Shown here: positions 1 to 7,833 of the stretch, piece after piece | Layout: every line of letters begins with the position of its first letter | Numbering within the stretch: position 1 is the first letter of the stretch | DNA from: a virus | Lineage: Duplodnaviria > Caudoviricetes | IMG/VR virus record: IMGVR_UViG_3300020531_000011 | Coordinates: 1-33,993 of that record | Reading direction: 5' to 3' (one strand) | Length of the DNA stretch: 33,993 nucleotides | Program-made: the position numbers and the translations under genes | Notes under the pieces: generated by a model | Databases searched by the model: none | What the model was told of the DNA's origin: nothing | What the model saw: the letters and a program-made list of their open reading frames with translations, nothing else

Positions 1-1
1 G

Positions 2-346
2 CTTATTAAAGTTGATAGTTCTAGTAGAGTACAATTTAGTGCAGCTGCATATACTAATGACACAGATTTATATGATTATACTCCGTTATTTAACGCACAA
101 GGTGGTGTAGACAACATTCCTTGGGATATAACAACGGGCAAAAGCTGTTCAAAGAGCACTGCAAAAATAACTTTAATTGGTAGAAAGTATGGAACTGATG
201 ATAGAAGTGCAGAACAATTTGCGGTGCCATCCGTTGATGTATTTAATAAATGTTATATATCATTGATTGTATTGAGTGGAAATGTAATTGGTGACGGTAA
301 AAACTATCCAGAAACACCTCCTACTACAATTCCACCTAAATGTTAA
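2..346 (+). CDS. 3' end of an upstream gene (partial), hypothetical, possibly fibre/structural
   Basis: Frame 2 is open from position 2 (LIKVDSSSRVQFSAAAYTND...ETPPTTIPPKC) to TAA at 344-346; absent from the track because its start lies outside the window. Confidence 0.8.
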   Translation, partial: LIKVDSSSRVQFSAAAYTNDTDLYDYTPLFNAQGGVDNIPWDITTGKSCSKSTAKITLIGRKYGTDDRSAEQFAVPSVDVFNKCYISLIVLSGNVIGDGKNYPETPPTTIPPKC

Positions 347-393
347 GGTGTTTATTTTAATAAAGTAAAATGAATATAATAACAAAACTACTA

Positions 394-401
394 TATTTAT
401 A
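394..401 (+). promoter_or_regulatory. TATTTATA motif, putative late promoter element
   Basis: Intergenic, 14 nt before ATG 416; same 8-mer recurs before five other genes. Confidence 0.6.
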
Positions 402-415
402 TTTTATAGTGAATT

Positions 416-1882
416 ATGTCAATAAAAATTAGTCAATTAAATGAGATTTCCGCTTCAAACATGAGCGGTTCTAATTATTTTCCAATAGTTTCAGACTATG
501 AAGCTCCCGCATTTACAGCATCAACATACAGAGTATTAGTTAATCAATTTCAGTCTTTTATATCAACAGGCAGTTTTTCAGGATCATTTTTTGGAATATC
601 TTCCGGATCATTTAGTGGAAATTTAACAGGAAGTATAAGTGGTAATGCAAATTCATCATCATTTTCTACATTTGCACTAACTGCTTCTTATTTGTCTTCT
701 AATAATCTTGCTACATCAAGTTATTCTGTCAGTGGTGGATTTGCTTATTCAAGCAGTTATGCGGATTCTGCTGCAAGTTTATTATATCCAAATTTATCTA
801 CTGCAAGTTTTTCTATTAGTAGTTCTTATGTACAAACTAGTAGTTATTCAGTAACTAGTTCATTTGCACAAACAAGTAGTTATGTAAATCAATCAACGTA
901 CTCAATTACTTCATCATATTCACAAGTATCAAATTTGAGTTATTCTTCAACAAGTGCAAGTTATAGTTTAACCAGTTCACTTTCATTGAGTAGCAGTTAC
1001 GCATTGACATCATCAAGAGCTATAACAAGTAGTTATAGTATTAGATCATTTTTAGCAGATACAAGTAGTATTAGTATTGTTGCAAATACTGCTATAACTA
1101 GTTCATATGCTTTACAGGCATTGAATTCAGTTAATGCAGTGACTGCATCATATGTAATTACCGCATCATATTTGGATGTATTTACACCAAAACGTAAAGT
1201 AATCTTTTCTACACCAGGTACACATTCATTCCAAATCAAAAAGAATGACTTATCTGTTCTTTCCGGTAGCGGACCATTTACCATGAGAGCTACTGCAATT
1301 GGGGCTGGTGGTGGTGGTGCTGGTGCAACTTCAACTGGTATAAATGATGGTGGCACAGGAGGTGGTGGCGGAGCATCTGCTCAAGGAACCTCATCCTTTA
1401 CTCCAAGTACTATTTTCACAATTGTAGTTGGTGGTGGTGGAGCTCCAGGAACTGGATCATCAAATGGATCAGGAGCATATGGTAGTTCTGGTCAAAATGG
1501 AACTGATTCTTATTGTTATAAGATATCAGATAATTTTTATTTGGCGTATGCTGTTGGTGGCGGTGGTGGACAAGGAGGAGTATTAAATCCAAATAGTGGT
1601 TCCGGTGGATCATCTGCACTATGTTCTGGAAGTATTTTTGTATATTCTGGTGCTGATGGAGAAAAATCCACAACACTTTCAGGTTCTGCTGGTGGATGTT
1701 GTTTTTATGGTGCTATGGGAGGTATTCAAAACCCATCAATTTCTACAAGTCCAAGTTCATCATGGAACGGATATGAGGGTGATTATCCGGGAGGTGGCGG
1801 CGGTGGTGCAAGTTCATTCTTGTCTGTAGGAGTAATTAACGGTGGAAGCGGATCACATGGACAAGTAATACTTGAATGGTAA
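416..1882 (+). CDS. Putative tail fibre/adhesin with S/T-S-S-Y-A repeats and a C-terminal glycine-rich domain
   Basis: N-terminal MSIKISQL; long run of TASY/SSSY/SSYA repeats; C-terminal GAGGGG, VGGGG, PGGGGGG, GxGxxGxVILEW pattern typical of Gly-rich phage fibre tips. Confidence 0.65.
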   Translation: MSIKISQLNEISASNMSGSNYFPIVSDYEAPAFTASTYRVLVNQFQSFISTGSFSGSFFGISSGSFSGNLTGSISGNANSSSFSTFALTASYLSSNNLATSSYSVSGGFAYSSSYADSAASLLYPNLSTASFSISSSYVQTSSYSVTSSFAQTSSYVNQSTYSITSSYSQVSNLSYSSTSASYSLTSSLSLSSSYALTSSRAITSSYSIRSFLADTSSISIVANTAITSSYALQALNSVNAVTASYVITASYLDVFTPKRKVIFSTPGTHSFQIKKNDLSVLSGSGPFTMRATAIGAGGGGAGATSTGINDGGTGGGGGASAQGTSSFTPSTIFTIVVGGGGAPGTGSSNGSGAYGSSGQNGTDSYCYKISDNFYLAYAVGGGGGQGGVLNPNSGSGGSSALCSGSIFVYSGADGEKSTTLSGSAGGCCFYGAMGGIQNPSISTSPSSSWNGYEGDYPGGGGGGASSFLSVGVINGGSGSHGQVILEW

Positions 1883-1912
1883 AATTTTAATTTTTACTAA
1901 CTGTATATACGC

Positions 1913-2947
1913 ATGAAAGATTTATTCAAATTTGAAAGACTTGTTGGAATATCATCCTTATTTATAGCAAGTTGCGCTGCATTTTTCAGTATAATTGGTA
2001 TTGGAATGTTATTTAGTGGATCTGCATTAGCATCCATGATTATGGCAAGTTCACTAGAAATAGGTAAATTAGTAGCTACCAGTTTTTTATATAGATATTG
2101 GACCAAAACCAAGTTGTTACTCAAGATATACTTGATTTCAGCCGTTGTAATATTAATGATTATTACTTCATTTGGCGTTTTTGGATATTTGACATCCGCA
2201 TATCAACAATCCGCAATTGAAAGTAAGTTGGCAGAGGATAAAATTTTAGTTATTAATGATCAAAAGAAGTATACTGAAGATAAAATTAATTCCGCAAAGA
2301 AAAGAATTGAATCTATTGTTGCTTTAAGAAACAGTCAAGAATCAAGATTGAGTGAAAGTATGACAAATGTGGTTATTAGTCGTAATCCAATTCAATTGGC
2401 GCAAATACAAGAACAAACCAAAGAGTTGATAGACAAGAGTGAAAAAGATATTGAATCTGAAAACGCTAAGATACAAAAAGGAATAGATGAATTACAATCA
2501 TTTGACAAGAAGATTGCTGAAATTAAGATGGAATCTGGAAGTAAAAAAGACATACAAACATTTAAATTTATATCAGAACAATTCAATGTAAACATGAATA
2601 CTGGTGTTACTTGGTTTATTGTTGCTCTTATATCAGTATTTGATCCATTAGCTATATGTTTATTATTGGCATATAATACTACATTGAATTTTACGGATAA
2701 GGTTGAAAAGCCAAAAGAAAAAGATGATATAAAGATATATCAACATCAAGATTCAGTAACTGAACCAGAAGAAAATGTAGAATCTATAGTAGAACAAGCA
2801 AAAAAAGAAGCACAAGAAGAAGTTAAAAATGAAAAAATAATTAAAGAGATAGTTACTGAAATTAAGGAAGTTCCTGTTGAAAAGATTGTGGAAAAAGAAG
2901 TTATTAGAGAAGTTCCATCTAACAAAGGTCCACATTTTAGTTTTTAG
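1913..2947 (+). CDS. Membrane protein with long coiled coil (DUF4407-like architecture)
   Basis: Three N-terminal hydrophobic helices, ~120-aa coiled coil, a further TM (WFIVALISVFDPLAICLLLA), charged tail with EVPVEKIVEKEV. Confidence 0.7.
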   Translation: MKDLFKFERLVGISSLFIASCAAFFSIIGIGMLFSGSALASMIMASSLEIGKLVATSFLYRYWTKTKLLLKIYLISAVVILMIITSFGVFGYLTSAYQQSAIESKLAEDKILVINDQKKYTEDKINSAKKRIESIVALRNSQESRLSESMTNVVISRNPIQLAQIQEQTKELIDKSEKDIESENAKIQKGIDELQSFDKKIAEIKMESGSKKDIQTFKFISEQFNVNMNTGVTWFIVALISVFDPLAICLLLAYNTTLNFTDKVEKPKEKDDIKIYQHQDSVTEPEENVESIVEQAKKEAQEEVKNEKIIKEIVTEIKEVPVEKIVEKEVIREVPSNKGPHFSF

Positions 2948-2979
2948 TAAAATAAAATTAAAATTTTTGAATAAAAATG

Positions 2980-3009
2980 TTGTTTTTAAGTTATTATCTT
3001 ATATATTTA
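2980..3009 (+). promoter_or_regulatory. Candidate host-RNAP promoter for the 3032-4343 operon
   Basis: TTGTTT-N16-TATATT (sigma70-like), also readable as TTG-N19-TATATTTA (Bacteroidetes-like TAnnTTTG variant); AT-rich upstream tract. Confidence 0.4.
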
Positions 3010-3031
3010 GATATCAGTCTAAATTATATAT

Positions 3032-3166
3032 ATGGATATTGCAGATATTAAAGAAATAATGTCGCTTCTAAATGAAGCAAAGAACAGTGAAAACTGGGAT
3101 TTAGTTGATGAGGTATTGGATTATATGTCAGATTATCTAGATGATGATTCTGATCTATCAGAATAA
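3032..3166 (+). CDS. Small acidic protein (44 aa), not in ORF track
   Basis: ATG 3032 to TAA 3164-3166: MDIADIKEIMSLLNEAKNSENWDLVDEVLDYMSDYLDDDSDLSE; fills the gap and ends 5 nt before the next ATG. Confidence 0.75.
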   Translation: MDIADIKEIMSLLNEAKNSENWDLVDEVLDYMSDYLDDDSDLSE

Positions 3167-3171
3167 AGATT

Positions 3172-3429
3172 ATGATTATTATACTATCAGTGTTATTGAC
3201 CGTTTCTATTTGCGCTAATATATTTTTAGGTTATGCACTAGACATCAATCTTGACAAAATAGAAACATACCAAAATTGGTTTTTAGATATTAAAAAGGAA
3301 GTATCCGTTACGTATTCAAAATTAAAAGATTTAGATGATAAGCAGATGTTTGAAAAAGATGATGATGTAGGTTTTGTTTTTTCCGAGATAGTGAAATTAA
3401 TTGAAAAATTAAAGGAAAGGACTGAATGA
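3172..3429 (+). CDS. Small membrane-anchored protein (N-terminal TM plus amphipathic helices)
   Basis: MIIILSVLLTVSICANIFLGYAL hydrophobic N-terminus; ATGA overlap with next gene. Confidence 0.75.
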   Translation: MIIILSVLLTVSICANIFLGYALDINLDKIETYQNWFLDIKKEVSVTYSKLKDLDDKQMFEKDDDVGFVFSEIVKLIEKLKERTE

Positions 3430-4343
3430 AAAATTCAAAAACTGTTGGACTTAAATCAAAGAAAAAAACAATAAATATTAAAAATAAATCAAATAAAAAA
3501 GTAGTTAAACCAAAGAAAAAGATTCAAATAAAAACAATTAAACCAAAAAAAGTATCAAAAAAAGTTGTTGAATCAAAAAAATTAACTACGTCAGATGTAA
3601 CTGTCACATCTGATATTGTTACTGGACCCAAAAAAAGAAAAAAGAAGATCGGAGAAAAAATGTATTTTACCACAGATACTGAAAAAGCCATTATTCAGTA
3701 TAACAAAGAACAGTCTATGGATATTAGAAATGAAATTTATGATGAACAAATTAAACCATGTTTTGATAAATTGGTAGAAAACGTATTCAATACATTTAAA
3801 TTCACTTATTTTGATAACAGTCCTATTGAAATTCAAAAAGAAACAATTGCACATTTAGTTGCAAACATGCATAAGTTTGAAGAAGGCAAAGGTAAAGCCT
3901 TTAGTTATTTCAGTATTGTTGCTAAAAACTATCTAATATTCCACAACAATAACAACTATAAGAGATTCAACCAACACGTTGATATTAGTGAAACTCCAAG
4001 TGATAGTACTGTTTGTTTACAAACCACTGATTCTTATCATGATGAATTGGAAACCAGTGAATTTATGAAGTTGATGGTTGATTATTGGGAAAAGAATATT
4101 GGTAAAATATTCACCAAACAACGTGATTTAAACATTGCCAACGCTGTAATTGAATTGTTCAGAAACAGCGACAGAATTGATTCTTTCAATAAAAAAGCGT
4201 TATATTTGTATATTAGAGAAATCTCTTCTTGCAAGACTCAACAGATTACCAAAGTAATTAATAAGATGAAACAGTACCAAAATACTATTACCAAGTCTTA
4301 TTTAGACAGAGGAACATTAAAACAAGAGATGTACGCCAGATAA
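3426..4343 (+). CDS. Phage RNA polymerase sigma factor (sigma70 region 2; T4 gp55-like late sigma) with Lys-rich N-terminal extension
   Basis: KFEEGKGKAFSYFSIVAKNYLI resembles sigma region 2.3-2.4 (gp55-type FDxxK..xFxYFT); preceded by helical region 2.1-2.2-like segment. Confidence 0.7.
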   Translation: MKNSKTVGLKSKKKTINIKNKSNKKVVKPKKKIQIKTIKPKKVSKKVVESKKLTTSDVTVTSDIVTGPKKRKKKIGEKMYFTTDTEKAIIQYNKEQSMDIRNEIYDEQIKPCFDKLVENVFNTFKFTYFDNSPIEIQKETIAHLVANMHKFEEGKGKAFSYFSIVAKNYLIFHNNNNYKRFNQHVDISETPSDSTVCLQTTDSYHDELETSEFMKLMVDYWEKNIGKIFTKQRDLNIANAVIELFRNSDRIDSFNKKALYLYIREISSCKTQQITKVINKMKQYQNTITKSYLDRGTLKQEMYAR

Positions 4344-4369
4344 ATTTAAGTAAAACACGGTATTTTCAA

Positions 4370-4377
4370 TATTTATA
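4370..4377 (+). promoter_or_regulatory. TATTTATA motif
   Basis: Intergenic, 3 nt before ATG 4381. Confidence 0.6.
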
Positions 4378-4380
4378 GTC

Positions 4381-4755
4381 ATGGACTTAGATTTTGAATT
4401 ATATAAGGGTAAAAAATACTCTAGTTTACTTAAAGATGTGGTTGTTAATTCTGAACAGAAGAAGGACCAAATTGATATTTTGGTATCTGATCTTCGAAGT
4501 ATGATTAAAACCGCTAATGATGCAATAGTAGTTGTACCACTAATTAAGGATTATTTGGATGTTTCAGTTAGAAATGATGAACAACTTGTCAAATTAGCCG
4601 CAGTGGTACAACGTATTATTAGTAGTCAAAGTCAAGGTGAAGACGGTAATATGGGAATGTTGCTCAGTGAAGATGAACGTAAACAGTTGATGGGTGAAGT
4701 AGAAAAGATTACAAAAGAAATAAACTCTCCAATTGAAATAAACGCTAAGAAATAA
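4381..4755 (+). CDS. Helical protein, possible small terminase subunit (gp16-like)
   Basis: 124 aa, two long amphipathic helices (…VPLIKDYLDVSVRNDEQLVKLAAVVQRI) and a short C-terminal strand/helix, like TerS oligomerisation cores. ORF is solid; function is inference. Confidence 0.4.
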   Translation: MDLDFELYKGKKYSSLLKDVVVNSEQKKDQIDILVSDLRSMIKTANDAIVVVPLIKDYLDVSVRNDEQLVKLAAVVQRIISSQSQGEDGNMGMLLSEDERKQLMGEVEKITKEINSPIEINAKK

Positions 4756-4756
4756 T

Positions 4757-6391
4757 ATGCCAGGATATTCCACATATAATTCAGTAATAGCACCAGTAAG
4801 AGTTGAAGAGAATAGAGATAGTATTTTAAATTCAACTTTACAGTTTGAACCTGCGGTTGTATTGGATGTGATCCTTGATGATTCACATCCAATTTTCAAA
4901 ACAAAAATTAACATCAATCCAACTGAATGGCCTGATGCTGCAAATGATAAACCAGCGGATCAAATAGATAAAGATTATACGTGGATAGGAAGAATTTTGG
5001 TAAGACCATTTAGTACACATAAAACAGTTGAAAAAGAAAAACTACCATGGGCATTTCCATTGGAAAATACAGGCATAACTGAATATCCACTTGTAAATGA
5101 AGTTGTAGCTATAGTAAATTATCTGGGTAAATTTTATTATACTAGAAAAATAAATCTAAATGGATTTTCAAACAATAATGCTGATCCTACATATGAACAA
5201 CGTGTTGGATCAAACAAAGGAAACAGAGAAATAAAAAACAATCCAACTGATCCCGATGTTTTATACAAAGGACCAGTTTCATATTTAACTGCCAAACAAT
5301 ACAAGAATACAAGTAACGTAACTGTATTGGGTAGATATTTTAAATCAAACGGAAAAATACGTTCAGTAAAAAGATTTGAAGGTGATACTGTAATTGAAAG
5401 TAGACATGGACAATCTATTAGATTTTCTGCTTATGATAATATAAGAGACAATGATATAAGTGATCCAAAATATACTGATTATTACAACAAAGATGGTGAT
5501 ACAAATCCAGTAAGTAATAAATTAGCAGGATTTGGTAATCCAATGATTTTGATTAGAAATAGACAAAAGAACATATCAAAACCTACACCTGATGTTTCAG
5601 AAAAAAATGCAGGTGGATATGTATCAGAAGATATTAATCAAGACGGTACATCTATCCATATAACTTCAGGATTAACTGAATCTAGTTTTAAATCAACATG
5701 TCAAAAGAAAATATTTCAAGATCCTTCAGTTTCAAAAGAAGAAGTAGCAGCATTTTCTCCCCCAGGTTGTACTAAATTTAGACCGCCAATACTTACCGGA
5801 GATCAAATTGTAATTAATAGTGATAGAATAATTGTAAGTAGTAGAAATGGAGAAACTATACATTATTCCAAAAAGAGATATGGAATTGTAACAGACAATG
5901 AATATACAGTAGACTCTCATGGTCAGATAGTAATGACCACAAACACAAAAACAGTGATTAACAGTCCGGCAATATATCTAGGTCAATATGATCAAACAAA
6001 TGAACCCGCTTTGTTGGGTCAAACAACTGTTGACTTTCTGTATGACCTTGCAGATTTAATATTAGATCACGTTCATTGGCAATATCATGAACATGTCACA
6101 TCCACAACAAACACTCCTGCGGATCAATCTGGTCAAATAGCAGATTATCCAACACAATTAACCACTCAAATTCCAACACCACAAGAAAAATTGAAAGCTT
6201 GGAGAGATAGTCTTGATAAAATCTTAAGTAAAAGAGTATTTTTAACTGGAGGTGGTTATGCCCCAGGAAGAAATGGTGGTTCTATTGAAGGCGGAACTCC
6301 TCCGACTGATATTAATGTATTTAATGGAAGTGGTGTTCCTGGAGGTTATAATGGTAAAACAAGAGGTCCAAATCCATCAACTTGGAGTTAA
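4757..6391 (+). CDS. Baseplate central spike (gp5/gpV/VgrG-like), no lysozyme domain recognised
   Basis: OB-fold-like N-terminus (WIGRILVR…WAFPL…YPLVNEVVAI), GDTVIESRHGQSIRF, beta-helix-like segments (GDQIVINSDRIIVSS), late HVHWQYHEH motif; lies upstream of gp25. Confidence 0.75.
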   Translation: MPGYSTYNSVIAPVRVEENRDSILNSTLQFEPAVVLDVILDDSHPIFKTKININPTEWPDAANDKPADQIDKDYTWIGRILVRPFSTHKTVEKEKLPWAFPLENTGITEYPLVNEVVAIVNYLGKFYYTRKINLNGFSNNNADPTYEQRVGSNKGNREIKNNPTDPDVLYKGPVSYLTAKQYKNTSNVTVLGRYFKSNGKIRSVKRFEGDTVIESRHGQSIRFSAYDNIRDNDISDPKYTDYYNKDGDTNPVSNKLAGFGNPMILIRNRQKNISKPTPDVSEKNAGGYVSEDINQDGTSIHITSGLTESSFKSTCQKKIFQDPSVSKEEVAAFSPPGCTKFRPPILTGDQIVINSDRIIVSSRNGETIHYSKKRYGIVTDNEYTVDSHGQIVMTTNTKTVINSPAIYLGQYDQTNEPALLGQTTVDFLYDLADLILDHVHWQYHEHVTSTTNTPADQSGQIADYPTQLTTQIPTPQEKLKAWRDSLDKILSKRVFLTGGGYAPGRNGGSIEGGTPPTDINVFNGSGVPGGYNGKTRGPNPSTWS

Positions 6392-6394
6392 TTT

Positions 6395-6889
6395 ATGTAT
6401 ACTTTACCCACACCACCATCATTAAACTTACAAAATCCACTAGGTTCTGTACCAACTCCTAGTTTGCCAAGTATTCCTCCTCTTCCAAGTGCACCAAAAT
6501 TGCCTTTAAAAAGAGTATCTGGACTTGATTATAAAAAGACATTCACAGAAACGTCAGCATATAAAAATTTAAAGACAAATATACCAAATACATTGCCATC
6601 AGTTCCGTCTGTTCCATCAGTACCAAAGTTTTCACTGCCATCACCTCCTTCAGTGCCATCAGTACCATCAATTCCTACTATACCACCTACACCAACACTT
6701 CCAAGTATGTCAAATTTGCCTACTGCTCCTAGTATTCCTTCAATACCAAAGGTTCCAGTACCAAATGTACCTCCAATATCATCTATTATCAAACCACCTG
6801 CATTTCCAACGATACCTAAACTTAAAATTGTACCTATTGTGCCTGGTACACCACTTTCAGTACAAGCCTCTATGATAAAACCAAGTTAA
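6395..6889 (+). CDS. Proline-rich low-complexity protein (P-S-[VIL] triplet repeats)
   Basis: PSVPSVPSVP / PSIPTIPP repeats; starts 3 nt after the spike stop codon. Confidence 0.7.
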   Translation: MYTLPTPPSLNLQNPLGSVPTPSLPSIPPLPSAPKLPLKRVSGLDYKKTFTETSAYKNLKTNIPNTLPSVPSVPSVPKFSLPSPPSVPSVPSIPTIPPTPTLPSMSNLPTAPSIPSIPKVPVPNVPPISSIIKPPAFPTIPKLKIVPIVPGTPLSVQASMIKPS

Positions 6890-6952
6890 TTTTGGTAAAT
6901 AAATAAAACATTTTGGTATATAGTAAAATATAATTATATAACATCAACAAGT

Positions 6953-7435
6953 ATGAAAACACAAGAATTAAAAGAGATAATCAGATCAGTAGTAAAGGAA
7001 GAACTTCAAAAGTCTCTTCCAACTCTTATTCCTAATATTTTGAGTGAAATATTAACTGGTCAAAGTAAACCAACGGTCAGTGAAAACTTTGAAAAACCAA
7101 AAGTTTCACAAAAACCAATTGAAAATGTACAACCAGCAAAAAAGACATTTAAGAAATATACAAATAATGATGCTTTAAATGTTGTCTTGAATGAAACTGT
7201 AGGAGGAGTTCCAAGAGAAGGTGCTTATGTAGGATTGATGGGCGCATTACAAAGTGAAGCTTCTAGTGGTATTAATATTAATGAATCAGTACAAATGCCG
7301 CAACAAATCACACCAGTTAATGAAGAACAATCTAAAGTACTTAATGTCATTAATAGAGACTTTAGAAAATTAATGAAAGCAGTTGATAAGAAAAAGTCAT
7401 CAGGAGTTGGTGGTGGTTTAGTATCAATGTCATAA
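6953..7435 (+). CDS. Hypothetical virion-associated protein
   Basis: 160 aa ORF; MKTQELKEIIRSVVKEE start; TAA-T-ATG junction with gp25. Confidence 0.75.
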   Translation: MKTQELKEIIRSVVKEELQKSLPTLIPNILSEILTGQSKPTVSENFEKPKVSQKPIENVQPAKKTFKKYTNNDALNVVLNETVGGVPREGAYVGLMGALQSEASSGININESVQMPQQITPVNEEQSKVLNVINRDFRKLMKAVDKKKSSGVGGGLVSMS

Positions 7436-7436
7436 T

Positions 7437-7829
7437 ATGAATCCAATTGGTTTAACATTACCTTTAAAATCTGGCATAAATGGGTATTTTGAGCAGTCAT
7501 ATGACACTCTAACCCAAATTAAAGCCAACATCACTAATTTTTTCAATACTAGACCAGGTGAAAGAAGATTTAACCCTCAGTTTGGAACAAAATTATATAA
7601 CTATCTATTTGAACAAAATATTGAAGGGTTTGATGAAATTTTAAAGAATGTTATTAAAGATGACATGAATTATTGGTTTCCAAATGTAATTGTAAATACT
7701 GTATTTTTAGACATTACAACTGCTCAAAAAAACAAGAACACTGATAATTATATAATAAACATAAAAATACAATTTACGGTAAACAATCAAACTGATGTAC
7801 TTGGATTAACTGTAACAAGCAATTTATAA
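7437..7829 (+). CDS. Baseplate wedge subunit, gp25/GPW family
   Basis: QIKANITNFFNTRPGERRFNPQFGTKLYNYLFE is the gp25 signature. Confidence 0.92.
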   Translation: MNPIGLTLPLKSGINGYFEQSYDTLTQIKANITNFFNTRPGERRFNPQFGTKLYNYLFEQNIEGFDEILKNVIKDDMNYWFPNVIVNTVFLDITTAQKNKNTDNYIINIKIQFTVNNQTDVLGLTVTSNL

Positions 7830-7833
7830 TAAT

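Noticed and set aside
333-358. Weak hairpin CACCT…AGGTG followed by T-rich tract
   Set aside because: Only a 5-bp core stem overlapping the stop codon; insufficient to call a terminator.
2877-3059. 60-aa plus-strand ORF
   Set aside because: Overlaps the 1913 gene and the promoter-like gap; ORF 3032-3166 explains the region better.
6529-6792. Minus-strand GTD/GI-repeat ORF resembling a collagen-like protein
   Set aside because: It is the antisense shadow of the Pro-Ser-Val repeat gene.
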